DNA of 64,000 bases from an uncultured bacterium (GTDB lineage Bacteria > Patescibacteriota > Minisyncoccia > Phycocordibacterales > DATDWN01). The notes beneath the pieces are model-generated. The model saw only the letters and a program-made list of their open reading frames with translations. It did not search any database and was not told the DNA's origin. Location of the stretch: positions 157 through 64,156 of the forward strand of contig CAVSGX010000003.1 in NCBI GenBank assembly GCA_963727715.1, in the 5' to 3' direction. A program made the translations under genes and the position numbers. Below are positions 19,959 through 31,128 of the stretch, piece after piece; position 1 is the first letter of the stretch; the number at the start of each line of letters is the position of its first letter.

Positions 19959-21056
19959 CTATTTCATCAAATTGAAAACATCATGCGCGGAGATGAAGAG
20001 CATCAGGGCGAGGAGGAGAAAAAAGCCGATGGTGTTGAGCCAGCTTGCTACTTTAGGTGGGATTTGGCGACGAGTGACAGCTTCAATGGCTACAAAAAGC
20101 AGACGACCACCGTCCAAAGCTGGAAACGGCACTAAATTAATTAGAGCAAGATTGATGGAAATGATAGCGACAAGCGAGAGTAAATAAATAAAACCGAGAC
20201 GCGAAGCTTGCCCGACCACGCCGGCTATGCCGATCGGGCCGGAAACTTCCGACCAGTTGGATTTGAGATTGATTGTCTGCCAAAGAAAATCGATCAGACC
20301 TTGAGCTGTGGAAATTGTTAGGAGATATGTGGTGCGCGCTCCTTCCAGAACCGCAAAATAAAACGGCAGTTTCAAAGTTCCCATATCGTCCATTGCCACA
20401 CCGATCAGACGCTTCCCTTGGACCAGATTTGGACTCGGTGTGATTGTCACTTTTTTCGGCGGACTGTTTTTTTCTGTGTAGGAAATTATCACATCACCGT
20501 GATTTTTGGAAATAGTCGAAGAAATATTTTCAGCCGTCGGGTTGATGATTTGCTCATTGCCAATCTCCGCGGAAACAATCACATCTCCCGCTTTTAAGCC
20601 CGCCAAATCGGCCGGCGATTTCGGCAGAACATCAGTGATGACCGTTTGCACATTTTGAGTCTGGCCGAAAACACTCTGTCCAACTGGAGATTGCATGCCG
20701 ATAGAAAAGCAGACCGAAATCAAAAGCCAAGCGAAAATCAGATTGAAAAAAATGCCGGCAACAAGAACGAGAGCCTGAATCCATTTCGGCTTACTGGAAA
20801 AACTGCGCGCTTTTTCCGGCTCGCTCAATTTTACGTCGTCGGCCGATTCTTCACCGAGCATTTTGACGAAACCGCCAAGCGGAATCCAATTTATCGAGTA
20901 CAAAGTTTCGCCGATCTTTTTGCCCCAAGCTCGCGGTGGCAATCCGATGCCAAACTCTTCCACCAAAACGTCGAATTTTTTGGCGACCAAAAAATGCCCA
21001 ACTTCGTGGACGAGAACCAAAACGGCGATGATTATTATGAAAATTATTACAACCAT
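19959..21056 (-). CDS. rseP: RIP metalloprotease RseP (M50 + PDZ)
   Basis: HEVGH, EFGIG, WIPLGGFVK, SPADLAGL, NLVPFPALDGG. Confidence 0.95.
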   Translation of the reverse strand: MVVIIFIIIIAVLVLVHEVGHFLVAKKFDVLVEEFGIGLPPRAWGKKIGETLYSINWIPLGGFVKMLGEESADDVKLSEPEKARSFSSKPKWIQALVLVAGIFFNLIFAWLLISVCFSIGMQSPVGQSVFGQTQNVQTVITDVLPKSPADLAGLKAGDVIVSAEIGNEQIINPTAENISSTISKNHGDVIISYTEKNSPPKKVTITPSPNLVQGKRLIGVAMDDMGTLKLPFYFAVLEGARTTYLLTISTAQGLIDFLWQTINLKSNWSEVSGPIGIAGVVGQASRLGFIYLLSLVAIISINLALINLVPFPALDGGRLLFVAIEAVTRRQIPPKVASWLNTIGFFLLLALMLFISAHDVFNLMK

Positions 21057-21073
21057 AGTTTATTCAAATTCTC

Positions 21074-21292
21074 GGCTTCTTATAATTTTTTTGAAACATC
21101 GCGCAGGAAATTAGAAAACAACGACGAAGATGGAGTAAGCTCGGAGCAGTGACCCTCCTGAAAGAGAGGGCGACCTCAGCAGAGGTCGTTTGCGGAGAGC
21201 TACAAGTCGAGGAAGATTGTTTTCTTGATTTCCGAGCGTAGTAATTCGCCAGCAGGCGAATATACGTGTTTCAAAAAAATTATACAGAAGCC
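21074..21292. repeat. Fold-back element E4 (core in opposite orientation)
   Basis: IR GGCTTCT-TATAATTTTTTTGAAACA; reverse complement carries TTCGCCTGCTGGCGAA, CGCTCGGAAATCAAGAAAACAAT, GACCTCTGCTGAGGTC, TTGTTTTCTAATT. Confidence 0.85.
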
Positions 21293-21295
21293 AGT

Positions 21296-21847
21296 TTACT
21301 CTCCTATCTCCTTCTCTTTCTTCCCAAAAATTTCTTCCAATTTTCGGCCGGCTTCGTCCACCATTTTTTGCAACTCGGTTTTGAAACGAAATTTTTCATC
21401 TTCGGAAATTGTTCCGGATTTTTCTTGCGCGTCAATATCTTTTATCACTCGCTCTCGTTCTCCACGCAATGTCGTCTTGGCATCTTCCAATTTTTGCTTG
21501 GCGATTTTGAGAAGGGCCACGCGCCTGTCCGCGGTCAGTTCTGGGAAAATTACTCGCAGGCTGACACCATCCACTGTAACTGAAAGTCCCAAACCGGAGG
21601 CGATAATGGCTTTTTCGATCGGCTTTGTCTGGGTGGTGTCCCAAGGCGAAATGCGGATCATTCTGGCCTCTTCGGTGGCAATGGTAGCCAGCTGACTCAC
21701 CGGCATTTGCGAACCGTAGGCTTCCACCAAAACGCCGTCCAAAATGGCCGGACTGGCCCGCCCAGTGCGGATGCCGGCAAACTCGCGTAATAACCATTCA
21801 TGGATTTCGGTGCTCTTTTGTTTGAATGGTGTGAAGTTGTAGATCAT
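21296..21847 (-). CDS. frr: Ribosome recycling factor
   Basis: IRTGRASPAILD, VEAYG, PELTADRR. Confidence 0.97.
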   Translation of the reverse strand: MIYNFTPFKQKSTEIHEWLLREFAGIRTGRASPAILDGVLVEAYGSQMPVSQLATIATEEARMIRISPWDTTQTKPIEKAIIASGLGLSVTVDGVSLRVIFPELTADRRVALLKIAKQKLEDAKTTLRGERERVIKDIDAQEKSGTISEDEKFRFKTELQKMVDEAGRKLEEIFGKKEKEIGE

Positions 21848-21942
21848 GGTTTGATTTTAACAAAAAAGTCCCAAAAAAGAAAATCCACTTGATTAAATTG
21901 ACAAACCTTACGGGTGGGCATAGTATTTTCGAGGGGTCAAAC

Positions 21943-22329
21943 ATGCTAATTGAAAATTCGGAAGCGACTTTTGAAGTGAACATTCACAAAGAAGAAGACC
22001 GCAGAAATGAAATTGTCGTGCATATTGATGGTCATTATGCTCATCCCGATGTTATTCTTGAAATAGAAACGCTAGTAAGTTTTCAGTGGGAGGGGAAAAC
22101 ATTTGTTAAAGACGCTGGGCAGTCTTTGATGGATCTGCTTAGGGAATTGATCAAAGTAGATTCCAGATCGCGTGGAGATGTCGATGAGCACGAAATCCAT
22201 TTTGAGATTCAGATTTCCGAAGGAAGAGTAGTTTTCAAAAATAATAAAATTTTTCTTCGTGAAGTTTCCTTTGTTCTTAAAAAAGTCATCTCTGTCAAAC
22301 CAATTTTGACAGAAACAAAACCGTCTTGA
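21943..22329 (+). CDS. Hypothetical protein
   Basis: TTGACA-N17-TAGTAT promoter, GAGGGG SD, ATG 21943, terminator overlapping stop. Confidence 0.55.
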   Translation: MLIENSEATFEVNIHKEEDRRNEIVVHIDGHYAHPDVILEIETLVSFQWEGKTFVKDAGQSLMDLLRELIKVDSRSRGDVDEHEIHFEIQISEGRVVFKNNKIFLREVSFVLKKVISVKPILTETKPS

Positions 22330-22370
22330 GCATTCAAGACGGTCTGTTTTTTAAAATTTATCTAGATTTA

Positions 22371-23414
22371 TTACTTCCCTACCACATCATATTTGCCATC
22401 TTTCAGCTTCTTGAAAAGTTTTGGATTTTGCAAGTTGACCATAATGGTGTTTTCCTTGACATAGCGTTCCTTCAAAACTTTCTTGATGATTTCTTCTTTG
22501 GTCATCGGGCCGTTCTTTTGCAGGACATTGCGGATGACATCCTTGACCACGCCGGCCATATAACCCCACTCGGTCAGAGCGTAAAGTCCGCGACCAACCA
22601 GCACAAAGCGTGGGTCTTTGATGAGCTCATTGTGAGTCGTAGCTACATGAGCTTTCTTTTTGAAAAGTTCGGTAATCAGTTTGGCCACTTCGCGGAAGTG
22701 AATTGGGCTACCGTGCCTTCGAATAACCAGAAAAGCGTAATCGCGCATACCTTTGGCGTTGATGTTCGGAGAACTCTTCTTGCCCCACTCGCCGAGAGGA
22801 TTTTTATCTATCAGTTTGGACAACGCCAAGTATCGTTTGGCAATTTCTTCGGTCTTGTATTTATCGGAAACATCTTTGAGATTTTCCAGAAACTTTTCCA
22901 CCATATCGGCTTCAACCAAAATCTCATCATTGGAAAGTGAACTGTAAAGTTTGCGCAGAGCTTCGTGGATTTTCTGGGACAGCTCTTTGTCGACATGCCA
23001 GCGGTGTTTGAACTCATCATCTTCTTTTTCTTTGACAAACTCTTCGCCAATGACCAGCATAAAATGAATATGGTTTTGGGTGGATTTATCCTTGGAGATA
23101 TGCTTCAAAAAACCCTCCTCGGAGACTACTGAGCCAAGTTCAACCAAAATATTTTTTAGTTCGTCAAAGGCTGGTTTTTCTTTGGTATATTCTTTGGATT
23201 TACGGATATTAGTCAGAGAATAATTTTCAATTTGGCGGACTCTTTCACGGGTAATCTTATATTTTTTACCAATGGCTTCCAGAGTCATTCGCTTGGTCTC
23301 TTTGCCGAGACCGAAACGACCGGATAAAACATCTTGAGCTCGAGCAGACAAAACAGACAGCAGTCTTTTTGTCACTTGTTTTGGTTTGAAACTGACCATT
23401 GATTTTTCGTTCAT
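22371..23414 (-). CDS. Sigma-70 region-4 HTH + HARE-HTH/RNAP-delta-like protein (common in CPR)
   Basis: TLEAIGKKYKITRERVRQIE; C-terminal PIHFREVA...THNELIKDPRFVLVGRGLYALTEWGY. Confidence 0.8.
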   Translation of the reverse strand: MNEKSMVSFKPKQVTKRLLSVLSARAQDVLSGRFGLGKETKRMTLEAIGKKYKITRERVRQIENYSLTNIRKSKEYTKEKPAFDELKNILVELGSVVSEEGFLKHISKDKSTQNHIHFMLVIGEEFVKEKEDDEFKHRWHVDKELSQKIHEALRKLYSSLSNDEILVEADMVEKFLENLKDVSDKYKTEEIAKRYLALSKLIDKNPLGEWGKKSSPNINAKGMRDYAFLVIRRHGSPIHFREVAKLITELFKKKAHVATTHNELIKDPRFVLVGRGLYALTEWGYMAGVVKDVIRNVLQKNGPMTKEEIIKKVLKERYVKENTIMVNLQNPKLFKKLKDGKYDVVGK

Positions 23415-23510
23415 ATTTTTAATATTTTTTTAGAACCTTTAATAGTTCAACAAATGTCCACTTATTTCTATCATTATCGCCAATTTAAGTCAAGTCGCCC
23501 CGAAATCTTG

Positions 23511-25947
23511 TCAAGAGATGACAAAATTCAGGAGACGGTTTGGAATATGAATTATTTTTAGAACATTTTTGTCGGCAAGCCACTTATCCACACCGGGTAC
23601 TTTCCGAGCCATGGTCACAAGCTCGTCTTTGGACATATCGCGCGCCACCGTGATCTCTGCTCGGACTTTGCCGTTGACCTGAATGACCACACTGACTTCC
23701 CCGCTTTGCATTTTGGCTTTGTCAGCCTCCGGCCATTTCTCGGAAACCAAAAATGTTTTATGACCGAGATTGTGCCAAAGCTCATCGCTTATGTGCGGAG
23801 CGAACGGCGACAAAATTTTCAGAAAAATTTCAAAATATTTTTGTGGCACAGCCGACGCTTTTTCAAATTGGCCGATTAAAATCATCATAGCCGAAATAGC
23901 TGTATTGAAATGCATAATCTCAATATCACCCGAAACTTTTTTGACAGTTTGGTTTAAAAGTATTTCAAGATTTTTATTTTGACCGGCTTTTTCGGATATT
24001 TTCTCTTGCAATTTCCAAACTCGTTCCAAAAATCTTCGCGAACCGGAAATGCTATTTGTGTCCCAGTTGATGGCCTGATCAAATGGGCCCATAAACATTT
24101 CATAAACACGCAAAGTGTCGGCGCCATAAGTTTTAACAATGTCGTCCGGGTTGATAACATTGCCACGCGATTTGGACATCTTCTCGCCGTTCTCGGCCAA
24201 AATGAATCCGTGCGATGTGCGTTTTTTGTACGGCTCGCTTGTCGGCACCAGTCCGATATCAAACAAAAATTTGTTCCAAAATCGCGAGTACAAAAGATGC
24301 AGCGTAGTGTGTTCCATTCCGCCGTTGTACCAATCCACAGGCATCCAGTATTTCAGTTTTTTCATGTCGGCGAATTTTTTGAAATTTTTTGGATCAGCAG
24401 TAGCGCAGAAAATACCAACTGGATCCGGCCCAGTTTGGCATCGTATCCGTTTCGCGCTTGGCCTTGCCTCCACACTTTGGGCATTTGGTGTTGACCCATT
24501 TTGAAATGTTGGCCAGTGGCGACTCGCCGGTTTCTGTCGGCTGATATTTCTCCACTTTCGGCAATTTCAGTGGCAAATCTTTTTCCGGCATAGCAACCAA
24601 TCCACAATTTTCGCAATCCACAACCGGAATCGGCTCGCCCCAGTAGCGTTGTCGTGAAAAAACCCAATCGCGCAGTTTAAATGTTTCTGTCATTTTACCA
24701 CCTGCAAACTCGGTGATTTTTTTCTTGGCTTCTTCACTTTTCATTCCGTCAAATTTGCCGGAGTTGATCATTTTTCCTTCTCCAACATAAGCTTCTTTCA
24801 TTTCTTCCACATTATTTTCAGATGACACCACTTCTTTTATAGGCAAACCATATTTTTTTGCAAACAAAAAATCACGCTCATCATGGGCCGGCACAGCCAT
24901 AACCGCGCCCGTGCCATAGTCGGCCAAAACATAATCGGCAATCCAAACCGGCATTTCTTCGTTGTTTGCGGGATTAACCACCAAAACTCCATTCAATCTC
25001 ACACCCGGTTTTTTCCTTTCGTCGTTTGTCCGTTCAATCTGCGCCGTCTTTTTTGTCTGTTCAAGTATTTTTCGACTTCCGGCTAATTTTTGATTTCCTC
25101 TTTCCAACTTCTGTACCAAGTGATTTTCTGGTGCAACAACCAAATATGTCACACCAAACAAGGTATCCGGCTCGTGTGGTGAAAACTTTTACTTACATTT
25201 TGAAATTTGGATTTTGGATTTATTTGTCATTTGAAATTTGGATTTTGAAATTTATTTCCGCCCCTTCCGAACGCCCAATCCAGTTTCTCTGCTGTAATTT
25301 TTATTTTCTCCAAATAATCCACCGTATCCAAATCTTTGTCCAGACGGTCGGCGTATTTGGTAATGCGCAGCATCCACTGTTCCTTTTCGCGTTTCTCCAC
25401 CGGTGTGCCGCAGCGTTCACATTTGCCGTTCACCACTTCCTCGTTGGCCAGGCCGATTTTGTCTTTCGGACACCAGTTGATGGCGATTTTGCTTTTGTAA
25501 GCTAAATCGTGTTTAAAAAATTGCAGAAAAAGCCACTGCGTCCATTTATAATATTTCGGGTCAGTCGTGTTGATTTCGCGCGACCAATCAAAAGAAATTC
25601 CAAGATAGTTTTATTTGCCGGCGAAAATTTTCCGATATTTTTTTTGGTTACTTCGGCTGGTTGCACGCCGGTTTTGATGGCGTAATTTTCTGTCGGCAAA
25701 CCAAAAGCGTCCCAACCCATCGGATACAGCACATCGTAGCCTTCCATCCTGCGTTTGCGCGCGACGATATCAATCCGATGTATGGTCGTGGATGTCCGAC
25801 ATGCAAGCCATCGCCTGACGGGTATGGAAACTCCACCAGCGCGTAATATTTGGGTTTCTTTGAAAAATCTTCAGCCTGAAAAATTTTCTTTTTCTCCCAT
25901 TCTTTCTGCCATTTTTTTTCTATCGTTGAGTGATTGTACACTTTCAT
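23511..25947 (-). CDS. leuS: Leucine--tRNA ligase (split by several apparent sequencing frameshifts)
   Basis: Fragments: [64 protein letters not shown]. Confidence 0.93.
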
Positions 25948-26014
25948 GATTTTTAAATAATACATAAAAAACCGCTTCTTGGCAAAGCGGTTTTTGCTGG
26001 TAATTTGTTTAATA

Positions 26015-26944
26015 TCATTTTGCGACTGGCACTGGAAAAACTTGCGGATAAGCAACCGGTTGTTTTGTGATTGTCTGACTAAGACAATATCTGCCGGCCG
26101 AATGACGTAGATAAGTATAACCAATATTTTCACCCGGATAAGCACTTTGAGGATTGGCTTTGTTAAACACGGCGCAAACTTCAAACGTCGTATCGCTGGT
26201 TTTTATGTACTCATATTGATTATGAGTCTGCGGATCTGTTGGAATGACGTAATAATTATTTAATGTGGCCAAATCAACAAGCGACTCCGGTAAAACATTT
26301 TTTGAATAGAAATAATTTTGAACCTGTCCGCTGATGCTTTGCAAGTCACTGACTCTTTGCTGATCATATTTGTAAAGTTGTTGTGTCCACGGCGAGCCGA
26401 GTACGGCAAATCCCCAGACGATTGAAGCGACGATAATAAGCAAAGCCAAAACAACCCACGATTTTTTTTCGTGTGAAGTTAGTGTTTTGCGAATATCGGA
26501 AATGTAGTAAAGAAAAACCAACCCGGTCACGACAAGCACGGATAAAACTTTTAGAAGAAACCCGGTGGTCATTTCCTGTCCGTCAAGAAAATAATAAAGC
26601 ACGGTCACCAAATCTCCGGCCAGCGTCAGTCCGGCGATGAAAAGGGTGATGTATGTCAGCCACTTGCGCACGCCAAGATTTTTTTTCTCTGGTTCCATGA
26701 GATAACTTTTTTCCAAAAACCATGAGAGCAAAATGAAAATCGGAAAGAAAATTATCAATGTAGCTACCGGAAAGCTGATGGAACTACTGCCTACATAATA
26801 ATAGTCTGTGATTTTTGGGTAAGCTTGGTTAATTACGGTGAAAAGTAAATTGAGCAAAGAGACAACCGTCGTGTAAAGTGCGACAATGGCGCCGAGGTTT
26901 AGAAAAAAATCCTTGGCACTCGTTTTTGGTTTTTGTGGGTCCAT
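26015..26944 (-). CDS. DUF5671-like membrane protein
   Basis: [23 protein letters not shown]...[22 protein letters not shown]. Confidence 0.75.
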   Translation of the reverse strand: MDPQKPKTSAKDFFLNLGAIVALYTTVVSLLNLLFTVINQAYPKITDYYYVGSSSISFPVATLIIFFPIFILLSWFLEKSYLMEPEKKNLGVRKWLTYITLFIAGLTLAGDLVTVLYYFLDGQEMTTGFLLKVLSVLVVTGLVFLYYISDIRKTLTSHEKKSWVVLALLIIVASIVWGFAVLGSPWTQQLYKYDQQRVSDLQSISGQVQNYFYSKNVLPESLVDLATLNNYYVIPTDPQTHNQYEYIKTSDTTFEVCAVFNKANPQSAYPGENIGYTYLRHSAGRYCLSQTITKQPVAYPQVFPVPVAK

Positions 26945-27019
26945 AAAAATTAGTTAGTTGATATAAGCGTATTATACCAAAATAAAAGTCCCTGTACATT
27001 AGGGACAATTTTTCTCCTT

Positions 27020-27232
27020 CTAATTTTCTTTTAACAGTTTTATGGTTTTTCCTGAAAGAATAGCCACAGTTGTCCAGGATATAAAACCAATTCCATAGAT
27101 AATTGTTCCAATCGACTGTTTGTTATAATATACAGAGCCGATCGTAGCCACTAAACAGAAAGCAAGCATAAAAAGAGCAAGATAAAAAATTATTCTCAAA
27201 AATATTTTCATCGCATTGTCCTCCGATGCCAT
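27020..27232 (-). CDS. Small 2-TM hypothetical protein (likely start 27211)
   Basis: Two hydrophobic segments; GGAGG SD. Confidence 0.5.
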   Translation of the reverse strand: MASEDNAMKIFLRIIFYLALFMLAFCLVATIGSVYYNKQSIGTIIYGIGFISWTTVAILSGKTIKLLKEN

Positions 27233-27254
27233 ATTAACTCAATATAGAAAAAAG

Positions 27255-28259
27255 TCAAATCCTAAATTCAATCACATCGCCATCCTTTACCACATATTCT
27301 TTACCCTCGGTTTTGACCAAACCTTTCTCGCGAGCCTTCGCGTACGAGCCGGAAGCGAGAAGATCGGACCAGAAAACAATTTCGGCGCGGATGAATTTGT
27401 CGCGGAAGTCGGTGTGAATAGCTTGTCCGGCCACAGGTGCAGTGCTACCGCGGACAACCGTCCAAGCTCGCGATTCATCTTTGCCGGTAGTAAAATATGT
27501 AATGAGTTTGAGTGTCTCGTAGGCTTTTTGAATCAGAGAATCCAAACCTTTTTCAAAAATCGGATCAATCTCAACATACGGCCCGGGGATTTTGTTGGCA
27601 ACTTCGGTCAAATTTTTAGACGACGCTTCGGATGTGTTCAAAACATACAAAATCAGCTTCATACTCAAGAGATGCATCGATTTGACGAAAACGATTTCTT
27701 TTTCATCAAGGGCGGTGGTGTTGGCCATTTTGCTGTCCTCAAGTATTTTTTGAATTTTGGCTAAAACCCCGTCTTCTTCAATCGCCTCTTTTTTGTGTGC
27801 TTTGATTTCTTTGGAAAGATTTTCGCGTCTTTTGGTCACGGTCTGCAAGTCGGCCAGAATCAATTCCAGATTTATAACTTCAATATCCGACAGTGGATCA
27901 ACTTTGCCACTGACATGAATAATATCGTCATCCTCAAAAATTCTGACAACTTCGGCGATAGCGTCCACTTCGCGGATATTTGACAGAAATTTGTTGCCGA
28001 GTCCCTCGCCAACGCTCGCACCTTTGACCAAACCGGCGATGTCCACGAATTCCACCACAGCCGGAATGGTTTTAGCCGACTTGCTAAACTCTGACAATTT
28101 CCACAACCGCTCGTCCGGCACAGGCACGATGCCAACCGATGGATCAATGGTGCAAAAAGGATAATTCTCGGCCGGCACAGACTTTTTGGTCAGCGCGTTA
28201 AAGAGCGTGGACTTTCCGACATTCGGTAAGCCAACTATTCCGATTGAAAGAGATTTCAT
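27255..28259 (-). CDS. ychF: Redox-regulated ATPase YchF
   Basis: GIVGLPNVGKSTLFN, NYPFCTIDP, DIAGLV, GLGNKFL, EGKEYVVKDGD. Confidence 0.97.
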   Translation of the reverse strand: MKSLSIGIVGLPNVGKSTLFNALTKKSVPAENYPFCTIDPSVGIVPVPDERLWKLSEFSKSAKTIPAVVEFVDIAGLVKGASVGEGLGNKFLSNIREVDAIAEVVRIFEDDDIIHVSGKVDPLSDIEVINLELILADLQTVTKRRENLSKEIKAHKKEAIEEDGVLAKIQKILEDSKMANTTALDEKEIVFVKSMHLLSMKLILYVLNTSEASSKNLTEVANKIPGPYVEIDPIFEKGLDSLIQKAYETLKLITYFTTGKDESRAWTVVRGSTAPVAGQAIHTDFRDKFIRAEIVFWSDLLASGSYAKAREKGLVKTEGKEYVVKDGDVIEFRI

Positions 28260-28456
28260 AACTTTAAAATAACATGTACAAATATTTTTGAAAAGGATGT
28301 TGACAAGATTTTGAATTTATGTAGCATATCTGACAGAGATCATTTTTAGATCTTTGTCAAAAAGGGGGGTATCAAGCGAACACAAAAGCCCTCCCAAACC
28401 GTCAACCAGGAAAGAGGCGCGGCGGGAACGTGGCGCTTCGAAACGTGAAGGACCAC

Positions 28457-28885
28457 ATGAAGTTCAAACTTCTCGCTATCGTTTTCGCGTTCGCCTTCGC
28501 GGTGAGCGCACTCGGTGGAACACGTTCGTATTGGGACACTCTGTCCCAAGCCGAGAAAGCTGACTACGCTACGGCGGCTCGGGAGCACTGCATGGCGAGC
28601 AAGTTGCTCGGCGATGACCCGCTGCTCAAGACGGCGGACTCGTTCGGCGGACAATGCTCTTGCCCGAACCAGGGGAAGCTGTGTAGCGTTGACAACGACA
28701 ACTGCGCCGCCGACCCAATCGGGACGACATGTCAGATTTGGCAGACGTGTTTCTGCAAGCTCGACACGATCTATGCGTATCCGGATTGGTCGTTCTGGGG
28801 CCACTGCGCTTTATCTAACAAGAACAATGGCTCGCTCACACCACATCGCAGCCGTGTACTCGCGTCGATACCGGATGGGAAGTGA
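28457..28885 (+). CDS. Secreted cysteine-rich protein (frame stays open after TGA to 29089)
   Basis: GAAGGA SD, signal peptide MKFKLLAIVFAFAFAVSALG, many Cys, high GC. Confidence 0.6.
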   Translation: MKFKLLAIVFAFAFAVSALGGTRSYWDTLSQAEKADYATAAREHCMASKLLGDDPLLKTADSFGGQCSCPNQGKLCSVDNDNCAADPIGTTCQIWQTCFCKLDTIYAYPDWSFWGHCALSNKNNGSLTPHRSRVLASIPDGK

Positions 28886-29264
28886 TTTTGGAATCCGGGC
28901 GCGCGAGCAAAGCAGGCCAATGCCGGATGGATCTATGTTGGCGACACGACCATCATGGGACATCGCACGGCCATCATTGAACACTCTACGGGAACGATTT
29001 CCTGCCAGCGTTCAGGGTCATTCACCGGATTGCTCAAGGGTACGCCCTTGGCAGACGTGCTGAACAACCTCTCCAGTAGCCGCCACTAACAGCGACAAGA
29101 AGTTCTTTCAAAATGCGAATTTTATTCGCAGCCCGGACGATACCATCGTCCGGGTTTTTTCATACAAATTTTTATTATTATTCAATAAATCTTACTAGAT
29201 ATCCAACTTTCCCTTTTCTAGATCCATAATCCACACTTTTTCTTAAATGGATAAAAAACAAACG

Positions 29265-30158
29265 CTATTGCAATTGACACCGCGCTTTCAGCTCGGCTAT
29301 GTCGTCCTTGCTCAAGTATTCGTTCGGACCGATATTCAGAGCGTACATTATTGAAGCTGGGTTGTTGTTGTGTGCCAGACCTAAAGCGTGACCAAGTTCG
29401 TGAGCCAGGACGCGGACCAGTTTTTGATTATCGCTGAATTCGTAAACGTTTATTTGGTCTGTGTTTGGGTCGTATTCCCCCTCCTGAAATTCCTTGCCCG
29501 CAGTTTGATTTATTTTATTGACGTTTGAATTGGCGTCGTTGACCAGCAAATTATATTTCTGAATAAAAGAATTGATTTGATCAGCCAGGCTATTTATTTG
29601 AACCACTTTATCGTTCAAAGTATTCTGTTCGGTCAAAAGGTTGTTTCTTTCAACATTCAATTTATCATATTCACTTTTTGGAGCACCCCCTTTATTGTTC
29701 CAATATTGCACTTCGGAGTTGTAAGAACTCTGATCTTGATTGAAAGTATTCAATTGGCTGGCATACTCCGTTTGAAGCGCCTTATATTGTTGCTCCAGAG
29801 AAAGATATTGCTGTTTTACCGCGTCAGCCGAACCGGCAATTTTGTTGACATCGGCTTGCAGAACCGCATTTTGCTGTGTGGTTTGTTGTCTCTCATCATA
29901 AACCAAGTTTATAACCAAACTGCCATTCGGATTATATTCAAATAATTTTTTACCAGCCGATTTTTGCCATATTGTTGTCGCCTGACTTATGTCGTCCAAA
30001 AAAGTTTTTTGGGTTATGCCAAAATGCGCGTCAAAAGAACCGAGCTTGTATTTAATCGGAGAGTCGCAAGGTTTTTTGTGCGAGAAATAAAAATATCCGT
30101 AAGCGCCGGTGCAGATAAGAATGACAACCAGCCAGAATGTGATATTTTTTCTAGACAT
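29265..30158 (-). CDS. Matrixin-family (M10-like) metalloprotease with coiled coil
   Basis: HELGHALGLAH zinc motif and SIMY Met-turn. Confidence 0.88.
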   Translation of the reverse strand: MSRKNITFWLVVILICTGAYGYFYFSHKKPCDSPIKYKLGSFDAHFGITQKTFLDDISQATTIWQKSAGKKLFEYNPNGSLVINLVYDERQQTTQQNAVLQADVNKIAGSADAVKQQYLSLEQQYKALQTEYASQLNTFNQDQSSYNSEVQYWNNKGGAPKSEYDKLNVERNNLLTEQNTLNDKVVQINSLADQINSFIQKYNLLVNDANSNVNKINQTAGKEFQEGEYDPNTDQINVYEFSDNQKLVRVLAHELGHALGLAHNNNPASIMYALNIGPNEYLSKDDIAELKARCQLQ

Positions 30159-30221
30159 CAGTTTTACAAAATTTTAAAAAACTCACACTGTTTGAATGTC
30201 CAATATGAAATAAATGCCTTT

Positions 30222-30635
30222 TTATTTCAAACCATGAGATTTAAAACATTCCTTGTATTTTTGATCTGTATTCATAATGTGGTCAATCAGCCAGTTTTCA
30301 ACAAAATCCACAAGCTCAAAAGCAAACTCCATAGTGTATTTCGGATATTTTTCTATCAATGCTTCCAGTTCCTCACTGAATTGTTTATGTCTTTCCTCAT
30401 GCTTTTTTGTTCCCTCATAGTTAAACATTTCAAAATATTTTTCTTCGGTCGCAAAATGAATATTTTTGTATTTTAGCAGTTCATCAACCACTCCTTTCAA
30501 ATATTTTTCCGGATCGTTTGTATTTATAACGTCGAATAGTTCATTTATAGCGGAGAATATCAATTTATGTTGATCGTCTATCTGAGCAACCCCGACGCTA
30601 TATTTATCATCCCACTCTAATTTTTTTATGTTCAT
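30222..30635 (-). CDS. Bacteriohemerythrin
   Basis: W...YSVGV..IDDQHK, HFATEE, HEERH, WLIDHIMNTD. Confidence 0.92.
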   Translation of the reverse strand: MNIKKLEWDDKYSVGVAQIDDQHKLIFSAINELFDVINTNDPEKYLKGVVDELLKYKNIHFATEEKYFEMFNYEGTKKHEERHKQFSEELEALIEKYPKYTMEFAFELVDFVENWLIDHIMNTDQKYKECFKSHGLK

Positions 30636-30742
30636 ATTTAATATTTATTATTCAACTTATTTGCCATAACATTATACAACACCAAACCTTTATCGCCTCC
30701 GGTTTTTGTGGATAATAATTTGGAGTCCAGTCAAATTCTGAA

Positions 30743-30967
30743 TCACATCAACCTTTTCAAATCAGCTTCGTATTTTTTAGTCACAAATAGAGCGGCATCG
30801 GTTTGGCTTTTACCCTTTTTCATTTCAGCTTGTGTTTCCTCGGCGATTTTTTGAAATAAAGCCGGATCTTTTTCAAGCATGGCAAAAATTTTTTCCTGTT
30901 CGGCGACTGGCACACCGGCCATTTGCCTGGCTAGCATTTTTTTCATTAAAAAATTTTGAATAGACAT
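30743..30967 (-). CDS. Small helical hypothetical protein
   Basis: 74-aa ORF with -10 box just upstream; resembles small conserved CPR proteins. Confidence 0.6.
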   Translation of the reverse strand: MSIQNFLMKKMLARQMAGVPVAEQEKIFAMLEKDPALFQKIAEETQAEMKKGKSQTDAALFVTKKYEADLKRLM

Positions 30968-30985
30968 AAAATCATGATATCATAA

Positions 30986-31122
30986 ATCCGTACACCAAAT
31001 TTGGCATCGTTGCAATTATTTTTTGGAAAATTATGAAAGCGGTTTAAATTATATCACAGAAATAATATTTGAAATAAGAATAACATTGCAACAAAAAATA
31101 ATGCCAAAATTGGTGTCCGGAT
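30986..31122. repeat. Long imperfect inverted repeat in divergent intergenic region
   Basis: ATCCGTACACCAAATTTGGCAT...ATGCCAAAATTGGTGTCCGGAT plus inner GTTGCAAT/ATTGCAAC. Confidence 0.65.
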
Positions 31123-31128
31123 AAAAAT

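Noticed and set aside
23511-25947. leuS, dnaE (46469-49662), rplY, the UvrD-like gene and the malic enzyme gene as pseudogenes or programmed frameshifts
   Set aside because: The breaks are clustered single-base indels, often near homopolymers, in genes (several essential) with intact motifs; long-read error explains them best.
28883-28885. Genome-wide UGA recoding (code 25 or 4) or selenocysteine
   Set aside because: Conserved genes such as smc, mltG and ychF end at TGA at the expected positions; no sel genes or convincing SECIS are seen.
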